From: Candidatus Sulfobium sp.
GTDB taxonomy: Bacteria; Nitrospirota; Thermodesulfovibrionia; Thermodesulfovibrionales; UBA6898
Direction: 5' to 3'
DNA: 60,598 bases
Assembly: GCA_037380845.1 (NCBI GenBank)
Contig: JARRRI010000011.1
Span: 1-60,598 of the forward strand
The number at the start of each line of letters is the position of its first letter. Within the stretch, counting starts at the first letter, position 1. This document shows positions 38,986 to 49,327 of the stretch, piece by piece. Under the pieces are notes generated by a model, which was given only the letters and a program-made list of their open reading frames with translations, was not told where the DNA came from and searched no databases. The position numbers and the translations under genes are program-made.

Positions 38986-39822
38986 CTACTTCATTATCTT
39001 CATGCTGATATCGGTCGCAGTAAACGAATGGGTAAGACATCCCACCGAGATGAGGTCCACCCCGGTTTCGGCAATCCCTCTCACGTTGTCAAGGGTCACA
39101 TTTCCCGAAGCTTCCAGTATCACTTTTCCGTTTGCAGTCTTCACAGCCTTTGCCATGTCAGGCACGGACATGTTGTCCAGCATGACCACGTCGGCGCCCG
39201 CCTCTATGGCCTCCTGGAGCTCCTTCAGGTTTTCGACCTCCACCTCTATCTTCGAAAGATGATGTCCGGCCTTGGCCATCATCACGGCTTCCCGCACGCT
39301 GCCGACCTCTTCTATGTGGTTGTCCTTTACGAGTATCCCGTCATAAAGCCCGTATCTGTGGTTCGATCCGCCGCCCATTCTGACAGCGTATTTTTCCATG
39401 AAACGGTGGCAAGGGGTGGTCTTACGGGTGTCTACAATCTTCGCCCCGGTGCCTCTCACCGCATCGACAAACTGGTTCGTAAGCGTTGCAATGCCCGAAA
39501 GCCTCTGCAGGATGTTCAGACTTGTCCTCTCCCCTGAGAACAGGACCCTCGTTTTACCGGAGACTTCCCCCAGAACATCCCCCTTCAGAACATTGGACCC
39601 TTCATTAAAAAAAGCATTGAAAGATGTGGAGGGATCGAGAAAGTCAAAGACGGCCTTCGCGAAAGGGAAGCCCGCAAGGACGAAATTTCCTTTCGCTATG
39701 TACAGTGCTTTCGAAACTTTTTCTTCAGGAACCAGCAGGAAAGTCGTGATGTCGCAGTAGCCGACGTCTTCTTCCAGCGCCCGTCTTATCAGCTCGCGGA
39801 CCGAAGCGGGGATTACGTTCAT
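38986..39822 (-). CDS. nadC: quinolinate phosphoribosyltransferase
   Basis: DTRKT, HRYGL, KDNH, EVEV, LDNM, EASG. Confidence 0.96.
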   Translation of the reverse strand: MNVIPASVRELIRRALEEDVGYCDITTFLLVPEEKVSKALYIAKGNFVLAGFPFAKAVFDFLDPSTSFNAFFNEGSNVLKGDVLGEVSGKTRVLFSGERTSLNILQRLSGIATLTNQFVDAVRGTGAKIVDTRKTTPCHRFMEKYAVRMGGGSNHRYGLYDGILVKDNHIEEVGSVREAVMMAKAGHHLSKIEVEVENLKELQEAIEAGADVVMLDNMSVPDMAKAVKTANGKVILEASGNVTLDNVRGIAETGVDLISVGCLTHSFTATDISMKIMK

Positions 39823-39827
39823 TCACT

Positions 39828-40313
39828 TCATCTCTTTCTGAAGAGAGAGAGAAAACCCCAGATGCCCCCGGCTACGGCGCTCAGGGCACAGGCGGATCTC
39901 CAGTCAAGGAGGGTGGTAAGATTGCCTTCGACCTTTTTTGCAACCACAAGCAGGGCGGCGCTCTTGTCCGAGTTCACGCTTCCGGCGGCCACCAGTCCCG
40001 CAGCGCTCCTGTTCAGAATTGCTTCGTTTCTCGACAGCGAGAGGGGGGAAAGTGAGAAATTGACGGTGGTACTGTTGCCCAATGTAACTCCGCTTACACT
40101 CTGGTTGAGACTGATATCATTTCCGCGGACTACCACTGCGGCGGACTGGGTGGCTTCCATCCTCTCGCCGTCGATGCTGAGCGCCCCGACCTGCTGCATC
40201 TCTATGTGGCCCCCTTCGACGTTTCTGACGCTGCTCTGGGTGATATTGATAAATTCTCCCTCTATAATGTCGACTTCTTTTTCCTGCAGCTCCTTCTCTT
40301 CCCTTGCTATCAT
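39828..40313 (-). CDS. hypothetical protein (repetitive beta-rich, C-terminal hydrophobic helix)
   Basis: ATGA overlap with valS; about 15-aa periodic Q/R-S motifs. Confidence 0.65.
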   Translation of the reverse strand: MIAREEKELQEKEVDIIEGEFINITQSSVRNVEGGHIEMQQVGALSIDGERMEATQSAAVVVRGNDISLNQSVSGVTLGNSTTVNFSLSPLSLSRNEAILNRSAAGLVAAGSVNSDKSAALLVVAKKVEGNLTTLLDWRSACALSAVAGGIWGFLSLFRKR

Positions 40314-42949
40314 TTTCTACCCCCGGCTTCGTGAAGTTTCCTCATATTTTCCTGTATTCTTTCTTTTCTCCTCAGACACTCCTCGTACTTGTCCTGCTCC
40401 TTAAGTACGACGTTCTTCGGAGCCCTTTTCAGAAAATCCTCGTTCAGGAGCTTCTTGTTCAGGAAGGCTATGGATTGCTCCACCTTGGTTTCTTCCTTCT
40501 TAAGTCTATCAATTTCCATTTCTATGTTCAACAGACCTTCCAGGGGCACATAGACCTCGGTAAAAGTCCTGACCGCGGTAGCGGCGCCTCTCGGCTTTGT
40601 CACATCCGGCCCCACCTCGGCTATTCGCGCTTTCGCAAGCTTTGTGAGATAAGCCAGGTTCCTTCTCAGGATATCGCCGGTCTTTTCAGTCAGTATCTTT
40701 ATATATACCTTGAGTTCAATGGAAGGCGGGAGGTTCAACTCGCCCCGTATCGTCCTTACCCCGGTCACGGCTTCCATGATTACGGCCATTTCGTCCTCGG
40801 CTTCACCATACCTGGGGAGGGACCGGGGATAATCCGCGACAACGATACTTTCTGCCATCTTCCCGCCCGACGCCGCTTTCCTTCCGGCCGTCATGGTCTG
40901 CCGGATCTCTTCCGTAACATAAGGCATGAAGGGGTGAAGCAGTCTCAATGTGTTGTCAAGGACGTAGAGCAGACACCCCTTTACCGCTTCCTTCCCGGCC
41001 GACTCTCCATAGAGGACCGGTTTTGCCATTTCGATATACCAGTCACACAACTCGTGCCATGTGAACTGATACACACTGTTTGCAGCGTCGTTAAACCTGT
41101 AATCGCCAAGCGCAGTGTTTACCTCTTCCGCCGTTGCCGACAGCCTGCTCAATATCCACCTGCTTCCGATATCGAGATTCTCCGGCTCAACGTTCTGAGG
41201 CAGCTCCATGTCCCCGGCGTTTGAAAGTATGAACCTCGATGCGTTCCATAGCTTGTTGACGAAGTGTCTGTACCCTTCCACCCTCTCTTCCGAGAACCTT
41301 ACATCCCTCCCCTGGGCGGCAAAGGCCGCAAGAGTAAACCTGAACGCATCCGTCCCGTATTTCTCCATCATGATAAGCGGGTCGACAACGTTGCCCTTCG
41401 ACTTGGACATCTTCTGGCCGTTCGCATCTCTCACCAGGGCATGGATATAAACGTCCCGGAACGGAACCTCTCCCATGAACTTGATGCCCATCATGACCAT
41501 GCGGGCAACCCAGAAGAAGATAATGTCAAAGCCGGTAACAAGTACCGAGGTAGGATAGTAGGCCTTAAGTTCCTGCGTAACTTCAGGCCACCCCAGGGTG
41601 GAAAAGGGCCAGAGGGCCGAGGAAAACCAGGTATCCAGTACGTCTTCGTCCTGTCTCAGAACGGCGCTGCCGCATTTGCTGCATTTGGAGGGCGTCTCCC
41701 TGGATACGATAACTTCCCCGCAGTCGTTGCAATACCAGGCCGGTATCCTGTGTCCCCACCAGATCTGTCTGGATATGCACCAGTCGTTTATGTTCTCCAT
41801 CCAGGCAAAGTAGGTGTTCTCCCACGAGCCGGGAATTATTCTGATCTTGCCCTCCCTGACCGCCTTGATCGCCTCCCGGGCCAGCGGGCCCACCTTCACG
41901 TACCATTGCAGGGCCGAGAGAGGCTCGATTACCGTTTTGCACCGGTAACACTGGCTTATGGAGAGATCATATTTTTCCTGTTTTAACAGAAATCCTGCGT
42001 CCTTCAAGTCGCGGATTACCGCCTTCCTGCATTCATATCTGTCCATGCCGGCATATCTCTCGCCGGCATCCGCGGTCATCCGGCCGTCGGGACCGATCAC
42101 TGTCACAAATTCAAGCGGCGGTTCCTGCCTCTTGGCGATCGCTTCATCGTTGAAATCATGGGCCGGTGTAACCTTTACCGCACCGGTCCCGAACTCCCGC
42201 TCCACGGCCGTATCCGCCACGATCGGGATTTTTCTGCCTGTCAGCGGCAACGCCACCTTCTTGCCGATAAAACCTTCATAGCGCTCATCGTCGGGATGTA
42301 CGGCAACCGCCGTGTCTCCCAGCATGGTCTCCGGCCTGGTGGTAGCAACCACTACTTCACCCGACCCGTCTTCCAGCGGGTACGTTATATACGTGAGTTT
42401 GCCCTCTGACTCTTCGTGTTCGACCTCGATGTCGGAAAGCGCGGTGTGGCACCGCGGACACCAGTTTATCAGCCTCTTGTCCCTGTAGATGAGCCCCTGC
42501 TCGTAAAGGGTAACGAACACCTCGATAACCGCCCTGGAGAGCCCGCTGTCGAGAGTGAACCGCTCCCTCGACCAGTCGCAGGAAGCCCCGAGCCTCTTCA
42601 GCTGGTGGATGATCCTTCCCCCGTATTCCTCTTTCCATTTCCATACCCTCTCGATAAAGGCTTCCCGCCCCAGCCAGTGTCTGTCGACATCCTCGGAGGC
42701 AAGCTGCCTTTCTACCACGTTCTGGGTGGCGATACCGGCATGGTCCATGCCGGGGACCCACAGCACGTTGTCACCGGCCATCCGTTTCCACCGCACAAGG
42801 ATATCCTGAAGGGTGGTGTTCAGGGCGTGGCCCATATGCAGCGAGCCCGTAACGTTGGGAGGGGGGATCACGATGGAAAAAGGTTCAGCATCCTGATACC
42901 ACTTTTCCTCAACGCCCCTGGGGTTATAACTCTTGTCTAATTCCGTCAT
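40310..42949 (-). CDS. valS: valine-tRNA ligase (short N-terminal in-frame deletion)
   Basis: PPPNVTGSLHMGH, KMSKS, WCISRQ, C-terminal coiled coil. Confidence 0.97.
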   Translation of the reverse strand: MTELDKSYNPRGVEEKWYQDAEPFSIVIPPPNVTGSLHMGHALNTTLQDILVRWKRMAGDNVLWVPGMDHAGIATQNVVERQLASEDVDRHWLGREAFIERVWKWKEEYGGRIIHQLKRLGASCDWSRERFTLDSGLSRAVIEVFVTLYEQGLIYRDKRLINWCPRCHTALSDIEVEHEESEGKLTYITYPLEDGSGEVVVATTRPETMLGDTAVAVHPDDERYEGFIGKKVALPLTGRKIPIVADTAVEREFGTGAVKVTPAHDFNDEAIAKRQEPPLEFVTVIGPDGRMTADAGERYAGMDRYECRKAVIRDLKDAGFLLKQEKYDLSISQCYRCKTVIEPLSALQWYVKVGPLAREAIKAVREGKIRIIPGSWENTYFAWMENINDWCISRQIWWGHRIPAWYCNDCGEVIVSRETPSKCSKCGSAVLRQDEDVLDTWFSSALWPFSTLGWPEVTQELKAYYPTSVLVTGFDIIFFWVARMVMMGIKFMGEVPFRDVYIHALVRDANGQKMSKSKGNVVDPLIMMEKYGTDAFRFTLAAFAAQGRDVRFSEERVEGYRHFVNKLWNASRFILSNAGDMELPQNVEPENLDIGSRWILSRLSATAEEVNTALGDYRFNDAANSVYQFTWHELCDWYIEMAKPVLYGESAGKEAVKGCLLYVLDNTLRLLHPFMPYVTEEIRQTMTAGRKAASGGKMAESIVVADYPRSLPRYGEAEDEMAVIMEAVTGVRTIRGELNLPPSIELKVYIKILTEKTGDILRRNLAYLTKLAKARIAEVGPDVTKPRGAATAVRTFTEVYVPLEGLLNIEMEIDRLKKEETKVEQSIAFLNKKLLNEDFLKRAPKNVVLKEQDKYEECLRRKERIQENMRKLHEAGGRK

Positions 42950-42950
42950 G

Positions 42951-42989
42951 ACAAAGAAAGACGGGGAATGAGCAATGCCATTTCCCCGC
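42951..42989 (-). terminator. terminator-like hairpin immediately upstream of valS
   Basis: gcggggaaatg..cattccccgt followed by ctttcttt on the minus strand. Confidence 0.5.
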
Positions 42990-43011
42990 CGATGTAATCA
43001 ACCGAACCGAA

Positions 43012-43995
43012 TTAATATTCGGATCTTATCTTCTCGATCTCTTTGGAGATCATGGTACCGGCCAGATCCGGAACAGTCTCCCAGATCACCTTTTCAACCT
43101 CTTTGCCTAGGGATGAAACGGATTCCTTCAGCACTTCCTTCATGACTTTGTCACCAAGTTCCGGTGCCGTCTCCCACAGAATCTTCTCCACCGATTCCTT
43201 AACGATGGGTGTAAGTGAAGAAAGGAGGACTTCTCTTATGTCTACGCCGGAAAGCAGAGTGTCCACTTTCCGGTCTACCGCTTTTTCTATCAGTGCCAGC
43301 AACTCCTCCCGCGAGGGCATGGCGACTTCCGGAACCTCAACACCCGCCGGTACTCCGGCAGGCGGGGGCGCCTCAAACGCATGTATCGCGGCCGCTTCCG
43401 GCTCCTCCTCCGGCATCTCAAATGCATCTTCCACGCCGGTCTGTTCCTGTTCCTCTGCCGTCAAGGCCTCCTCGGCCAGTTCCGCGGTATCTTCGGGTAT
43501 ATCCTCCATGGCCCAGAGGTCTTCCTCCGCACCCGTCAGTTCGACCGCTTCAGCCCCGGTCTCTTCCGTGACTTCAACGGCTTCGCCGGCCTCCGCAAAG
43601 ATCGCCTCTTCAGCCCCCTCCGCGGACGCCAGGGTGAGGACCGCGTTCAGCTTGCTTATCAGTTCCTGGGATTCGAAGGGTTTTATGATCGAATCATCCG
43701 CCCCCACTTTTTCGGCGAGTTCATCGTCTATGGGCTCGAAGGCACCCGCAAGAAGGATGACCGGGATACGGCTGGTGGCCGGGTCCTGTTTGATTTTTTC
43801 GCAAAGCTGGTACCCGTTCATCTGCGGCATGTCTACGTCTGCGAGTACTATGTCAGGCCCGAAGGTCTCAACCGCCTTAAGCGCGTCCTCACCGTTATTC
43901 GCGGATTTTATCTCAAAATCCTCCTCCGCCAGAACCAGCTCGACTACTTTCTGTATCGTAATACTGTCATCTGCGAGCAACAGCTTGTGGGCCAT
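43012..43995 (-). CDS. RomR-like response regulator
   Basis: receiver domain (LLLADDS, ADVDMP, KPF), acidic/Pro linker, C-terminal EKxxWExxPxLA motif; adjacent to valS. Confidence 0.8.
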   Translation of the reverse strand: MAHKLLLADDSITIQKVVELVLAEEDFEIKSANNGEDALKAVETFGPDIVLADVDMPQMNGYQLCEKIKQDPATSRIPVILLAGAFEPIDDELAEKVGADDSIIKPFESQELISKLNAVLTLASAEGAEEAIFAEAGEAVEVTEETGAEAVELTGAEEDLWAMEDIPEDTAELAEEALTAEEQEQTGVEDAFEMPEEEPEAAAIHAFEAPPPAGVPAGVEVPEVAMPSREELLALIEKAVDRKVDTLLSGVDIREVLLSSLTPIVKESVEKILWETAPELGDKVMKEVLKESVSSLGKEVEKVIWETVPDLAGTMISKEIEKIRSEY

Positions 43996-44107
43996 GTTCA
44001 CCTCGTTTCGGTAAATTGACAAATTTTATGTTTTAACCCCCGAAAAAGTCAAGACATTTGTCCCCGGTTGCCACGTGCCGAACCACGGTTCAGCAGGAAG
44101 AAACGCC

Positions 44108-44311
44108 TCAACCACCTCCGCTGAAGCCGCCCGACGGAATAGAAGCAGAACCGCCTCCGGACCCGGTTGCGCAGCAGAATGCAGAGATCACCTTCTTTAC
44201 CTGCCCCGAAGAGCATTTCGGGCAGTGAGTGTCCTTCTCCGAGACGTTTATACCCTGCAGAAGTGAAAATCTCTCTCCGCAGTCTTTGCAGATATATTCA
44301 TAGATCGGCAT
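44108..44311 (-). CDS. FmdB-family zinc ribbon protein
   Basis: MPIYEYICKDC...CPKC. Confidence 0.88.
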   Translation of the reverse strand: MPIYEYICKDCGERFSLLQGINVSEKDTHCPKCSSGQVKKVISAFCCATGSGGGSASIPSGGFSGGG

Positions 44312-44400
44312 AGTACCTCCAAGTTTCGATTGTTATTGGTTATTTTATATTCCGGAGGGGTTTTAGTCAATAAAACCAAAGCGCAGTATTGCCAAAATGT

Positions 44401-44510
44401 TCCCCTCCCCTGATGGCAGGAGCGAAGGGGAGTATATCAACGGCTGCAGAAGACCCTTGCTCCCACCCCTGTCCGACGGACAGGCAGGCTCCGCCGTCAA
44501 GGGGAGGGGA
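44401..44510. repeat. MITE-like palindromic element
   Basis: terminal inverted repeats tcccctcccctgatgg / ccgtcaaggggagggga with nested cctgtccg-a-cggacagg. Confidence 0.55.
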
Positions 44511-44583
44511 TACGGCTAAACAACCGTTCCTTCCGAACTCCGGGTACGTTTTACATCCATACCCGTTTTGATATAATGCAGGT

Positions 44584-45603
44584 ATGAAAGAGGCGATGGT
44601 GTACGAAAAGCTGGACGGCTCCGACGTAAGGTGTCACCTGTGCGGTCATAACTGTCTTATTCATGAAGGTCAAAGAGGCATATGCGCTGTGCGCGAGAAT
44701 AAAGACGGAACACTTTACAGCCTGGTTTACGGCAGAGTTATTTCGATGAACGTGGACCCTATCGAGAAGAAACCTCTGTTCCATTTCCTGCCCGGCTCGA
44801 CTTCCCTTTCGATAGCCACTGTCGGGTGCAATTTCCGGTGCAAACATTGTCAGAACTACGATATATCCCAGTACCCGCGAGAGCGCAAGTTTCCGATCCC
44901 GGGCAAGGACGTGACTGCCCAAGATGTGGTCAACGCGGCGATTCAGAACAACTGCAGGAGCATTTCATATACATATACAGAACCCACGATCTTTTTTGAA
45001 CTGGCTTACGATTGCGCCAGGCTGGCTCAAGAAAAAGGCATCAGGAACGTCTTTGTCAGCAACGGTTATACCGGCCCCGAGGCGACACGGCTTATAGCGC
45101 CCTATCTCAGCGCCAACAACATCGACCTCAAGGGAAGCGACAAGTTCTACAGGGAAATCTGCGGGGCCAGGCTCGAACCCGTTAAACAAACCATAAAGCT
45201 CATGAAATCCCTCGGCGTGTGGGTAGAGGTTACGACTCTCATCATCCCGGACCTCAACGACTCGGAGAGGGACCTGACGGACATAGCAGAGTTTATTTAT
45301 TCCGTGGACCCCGCCATCCCATGGCACGTAAGCCAGTTCTACCCGACCTACAAACTCATGGACAAACCCAGGACGCCGGTGGAAAAACTGCGACAGGCCG
45401 TGGAAATAGGAAAAAAGACCGGCCTCAAGTATGTATACGAAGGCAATGTGCCGGGTGAAGGTGGCGAAAACACCTATTGTCCGGCATGTAATACTGTTCT
45501 TATCGAACGGTTCGGCTACCGGATCATCAAGAACACTATGGAAGGGAACGCCTGTGGCAATTGCGGCGCCCCATTGGACGGGATCTGGCAGACCGGAAAG
45601 TGA
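44584..45603 (+). CDS. amrS: AmmeMemoRadiSam system radical SAM enzyme
   Basis: DPIEKKPLFHF, GCNFRCKHCQN, YTYTEP, YEGNV. Confidence 0.92.
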   Translation: MKEAMVYEKLDGSDVRCHLCGHNCLIHEGQRGICAVRENKDGTLYSLVYGRVISMNVDPIEKKPLFHFLPGSTSLSIATVGCNFRCKHCQNYDISQYPRERKFPIPGKDVTAQDVVNAAIQNNCRSISYTYTEPTIFFELAYDCARLAQEKGIRNVFVSNGYTGPEATRLIAPYLSANNIDLKGSDKFYREICGARLEPVKQTIKLMKSLGVWVEVTTLIIPDLNDSERDLTDIAEFIYSVDPAIPWHVSQFYPTYKLMDKPRTPVEKLRQAVEIGKKTGLKYVYEGNVPGEGGENTYCPACNTVLIERFGYRIIKNTMEGNACGNCGAPLDGIWQTGK

Positions 45604-45675
45604 ATGGGCTCCGGTTTAAAATAGTCCGCGGCGCCATTCACGGCTCACGAATCACTGTCCAGGGCCTTACCGCAA

Positions 45676-46137
45676 TCAGTCGAACTTCAGGACCATCAGG
45701 ACCGCGTCCTCCGTGGGCAACTTGTAGTAGTCTTTCCTCAACCCGAAAAGTCTGAAATTGAACTTCTCGTACATCTTCCTGGCGGCCTCGTTGGAAAACC
45801 TGACTTCGAGGAAGATAAACCTGCACCCTTCCTCCCTGAGGTTTCCGATCATGTCTCCGATGAGAGCGGATGCGATCCCCAGTCGCCTGAATTCCGGAAG
45901 TACCGCCATGGTGAGGATATGTCCTTCGTCCACGACCCGGCTCGCGCATATGTATCCGGCTATCTTCCCTTCTTTCCTGACAACCCTTGAAATGGAGCCT
46001 GGTCTTTTTACTTCATTATAGAAAGACGTCTCGGACCAGGGCATGGTAAAAGACAGCCGCTCGATCGCGGCGACTTCGGCTAAGTCATCCGTGTTCATGT
46101 CCGCGATGGAGATATCCTTCAGCGGTTCTTCCGCCAT
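45676..46137 (-). CDS. rimI: ribosomal protein alanine N-acetyltransferase
   Basis: PWS, LEVRFSN, RKDYY, EDA. Confidence 0.92.
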   Translation of the reverse strand: MAEEPLKDISIADMNTDDLAEVAAIERLSFTMPWSETSFYNEVKRPGSISRVVRKEGKIAGYICASRVVDEGHILTMAVLPEFRRLGIASALIGDMIGNLREEGCRFIFLEVRFSNEAARKMYEKFNFRLFGLRKDYYKLPTEDAVLMVLKFD

Positions 46138-46811
46138 TTCACTTCGGCTTCCGATTTTCTGATATAAAGGGGGGCCGTTTCGGCAACGCTGACAAACTCT
46201 CCCCTGGCCGCTTTTGCAAGCCCCATCATCGCAACGTTTGCCGGAGAAGGGACCATCCCGACGAGGGGAGCCATGACTGCCCTCTCCTTCATGACACTCC
46301 TGATCACGTCCCGGTACAATAAAGCCCCTTCCCCGGCGAACAGGGTGGTACCCCGGAGTCTCTTCAGCAGTTCCTCCGGGTTGATCGAAGTATCTTCAAT
46401 GTCCTGGCGGAACCCGTTCCTTTCCCATCGGAAGACGGCCGCATAAACCTCCCCCTTCCTTGCATCGAGCATAAGGCAGACGGGATATTCACAGCAGGGG
46501 AAGTTCCATGCAAACGCCCCGAGTGTAGGAACGGCCGTAACCGGCTTGCCCGTTGAATAAGCCAGACCCTTTACCGTGCTCAGGCCGATCCTCAGGCCGG
46601 TAAAGGAGCCGGGGCCAATGGCCACCGAAAAAGAGTCGATGTCTTCCAGAGTCAGTTCGGACTGGACAAGCGCATGGTCGATGACCGTCATCAGCCTCTC
46701 GGAATGCGTAGTCTTGACATTCAGGCGTAATTCCACTATCAGCCCGGTTTCTTCGTCTGTAATCGCCACCCCGCCGAGCATCGTCGATGTTTCCACTGCC
46801 AGCACTTTCAT
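46119..46811 (-). CDS. tsaB: tRNA threonylcarbamoyladenosine biosynthesis protein
   Basis: HSERL, GPGSFTGLRIG, DARKGEVY, PLYIR. Confidence 0.95.
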   Translation of the reverse strand: MKVLAVETSTMLGGVAITDEETGLIVELRLNVKTTHSERLMTVIDHALVQSELTLEDIDSFSVAIGPGSFTGLRIGLSTVKGLAYSTGKPVTAVPTLGAFAWNFPCCEYPVCLMLDARKGEVYAAVFRWERNGFRQDIEDTSINPEELLKRLRGTTLFAGEGALLYRDVIRSVMKERAVMAPLVGMVPSPANVAMMGLAKAARGEFVSVAETAPLYIRKSEAEVKWRKNR

Positions 46812-47107
46812 GAGGGTTATTATATCCTAACCCGGCAGAGCCGGAAGCAGGACATTTTCACCGCAGAAAGGCAGAGCTCTTCGGAAAGGGCGGAAAGGGC
46901 GGCGAAAAATGTCTTGTAGCAACGCCTTACAGCCCCATGAAACAGCCTGCCGGCCATTTCCCGGAAGCCACAGAACGTTTTGAAACAGCGTAAGGGACAT
47001 CGAAAAAGTCATGTAATGACGACATGAATCGTTTACCGTTATTTCTAATGTTTACGCCATGCCATTGATTCCTACGGGGAATAACGTTGAAAAAAAGCCT
47101 CCTTCTC

Positions 47108-48328
47108 TCAAGTTTCAGGCCTCTTGTCCTCTTTCCTGCCGTATCTCCTCGCAAAAAGGGCCGCGGCAGAGACGCAGATCACACCCCCCACAGTCACCGC
47201 ATGAGTAGTGCCTATCCTGTCGGCTACAACGCCCATTATTGCGTTGCCTATAGGTACCGTTCCGAGGAATACGAAAGAGTATACGCTCATCACCCTGCCC
47301 CTCAGCTCATCGGGGACGTTCATCTGGATAAAGCTGTTGGCAAGTGCCAGGTAGCTTACCATCCCCCAGCCGCCCAGCATTATTATCACTAGAGAAACCC
47401 AGAATATCCGTGTAACGGAAAAGGCCAGCAGGGCGGAGGAGAAACATAGTACGGCCAGCGACATCATTCCCAGCGTATTACGTATTTTCGTCCTCGCGGC
47501 GATGCCCACCGCGGCTACAAGCGCCCCGATCCCGGAGGCGCCCATGAGGAAGCCGTAACCCGTTGCACCCCTGTGGAAAACCTTTCCGGCGAAGACCGGC
47601 AACAGACTGATGTAAGGTAGTCCGACCAGGCTGAAAACGCCTACCAGGCTTATGACCGTCACTATCTCCCTGTTGCCCTTCACAAAGCCGATGCCTTTTA
47701 TGAAATCCTTCATCATGCCTTCCGACTTCACCCTGATTTCGCCCTTTGTTTTCATCTTTGAAAGGGCCAGAATCACCGCCCCGAAGCTGACGGCATTCAG
47801 GAAAAAACAGGCCGGGAGGCCCAGCCTGGCTATAACGAAGCCCGCTATCATGGGCCCGATGATCCTTGCCCCGTTGAAAGCTGCCGAATTCAGGGCTATC
47901 GCGTTGACGACCTGTCCGCGTCCCACCATCTCCACCAGGAATGACTGCCGGGTAGGGATGTCCACAGCATTTATCGAGCCGAGTACCGCGGCCAGAAGAG
48001 CAACCTGCCAGACGGCGATCACCTTGAGGCTTGTGAGTATCCCCAGCATGAGAGCCGGGAAAACGGAAAACGCCTGCGTATACAGCAGCAGGTTTCGCTT
48101 TGGAAATCTGTCGGCAAGCACGCCGGCCGGAAGGGTGAACAGCAGTATCGGCAGGGAAGCGGCAGCCGCGACCATACCCAGATAGAAGGGTGACTTCGTG
48201 AGACTGTAAACGAGCCACCCCTGGGCCACCGACTGCATCCAGGTCCCCGAAATGGAGATTATCTGCCCGAACCAGAAGAGCCTGAAGTCCCTGTAATATA
48301 AAGCTGAGAATCTGCGAGAACCGGCCAT
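47108..48328 (-). CDS. MFS transporter
   Basis: about 12 TM helices, GVLADRFPKR, ELRGRVMS. Confidence 0.92.
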   Translation of the reverse strand: MAGSRRFSALYYRDFRLFWFGQIISISGTWMQSVAQGWLVYSLTKSPFYLGMVAAAASLPILLFTLPAGVLADRFPKRNLLLYTQAFSVFPALMLGILTSLKVIAVWQVALLAAVLGSINAVDIPTRQSFLVEMVGRGQVVNAIALNSAAFNGARIIGPMIAGFVIARLGLPACFFLNAVSFGAVILALSKMKTKGEIRVKSEGMMKDFIKGIGFVKGNREIVTVISLVGVFSLVGLPYISLLPVFAGKVFHRGATGYGFLMGASGIGALVAAVGIAARTKIRNTLGMMSLAVLCFSSALLAFSVTRIFWVSLVIIMLGGWGMVSYLALANSFIQMNVPDELRGRVMSVYSFVFLGTVPIGNAIMGVVADRIGTTHAVTVGGVICVSAAALFARRYGRKEDKRPET

Positions 48329-48421
48329 CGTCTATTGTAACCCCTAATGCGTTTCACCGGCATAGTGAATTGAAATACCCGGCAGGCATGATATAAACTC
48401 TATCTTATTACTATCGGACAA

Positions 48422-49327
48422 ATGTTAAATTCCAATATATTCAGGACAGCGGGCTGGTGTGCCGCTTTCTTTTTGCTTGTTGCATTTTCCGTTATACAGC
48501 CAGCACCGGCCGAAGGGTCGGCCGGCAGGTTGATGGTGGTAGCTAGCATAGCACCCCTTGCAGATTTTGCCAGGGAGGTGGGAAAAGGCAAGGTGCAGGT
48601 CCTGCTCCTTCTGCCGCCCGGTGCCAGCCCGCATACTTATGAGCCCGTGCCCAGAACGGTAAGGGAGATATCGAAGGCAAAGATATTCATAAAGGTGGGC
48701 GCGGGCCTTGAGTTCTGGGCCGACAGGCTGATGGCGGCAGCCGCAAAGGGAATCACCACCGTCATCTGTTCTGAAGGGATTCCGCTTCTCGGGCGCCGGG
48801 CCCCTGACGGCGCCATTTCGGACGTCAACCCCCATATCTGGCTCGATCCGGTCATATGCGTGAAGATCGTCAGGAAAATAGCTGCGGCCTTAGCATCGGC
48901 AGATCCTGCGAATTCCTCTTTCTACCGGAATAATGCGGTGAGCTACATCTCCAGACTCTACGCCCTGGACCGGGAAATCGCTGAAACAGTGAAGACCTTC
49001 CGGACCAGGGAGTATGTCACATTCCATCCCGCATGGGACTATTTTTCGAAGAGATACGGGCTGAGTGTGGCCGGGGTGATAGAAGAAGCTCCCGGAAAAG
49101 AGCCCACGCCCAGACATGTCCAGCGAATCCTGGACGAGGTCAAAAGGATGAGGACAAAAGTAATCTTTGCGGAACCCCAGTTCAGCGCAAGGATGGCCGA
49201 CGCCATCGCAGAGGAGGCGGGCGCCCGGGTGCTGATGCTCGATCCCGCAGGAGGTGAGAAAGGCAGGGAGACTTACATCGATCTGATGAAATACAATCTC
49301 TCGATGATGGAAAAGGCGATGAGATGA
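48422..49327 (+). CDS. znuA: Zn/Mn ABC transporter substrate-binding protein
   Basis: SPHTYEP, NPHIWLDP, FHPAW. Confidence 0.85.
   Translation: MLNSNIFRTAGWCAAFFLLVAFSVIQPAPAEGSAGRLMVVASIAPLADFAREVGKGKVQVLLLLPPGASPHTYEPVPRTVREISKAKIFIKVGAGLEFWADRLMAAAAKGITTVICSEGIPLLGRRAPDGAISDVNPHIWLDPVICVKIVRKIAAALASADPANSSFYRNNAVSYISRLYALDREIAETVKTFRTREYVTFHPAWDYFSKRYGLSVAGVIEEAPGKEPTPRHVQRILDEVKRMRTKVIFAEPQFSARMADAIAEEAGARVLMLDPAGGEKGRETYIDLMKYNLSMMEKAMR

Noticed and set aside
43043..44014. 323-aa plus-strand ORF
   Set aside because: Ser-rich antisense shadow of the Glu-rich RomR-like gene
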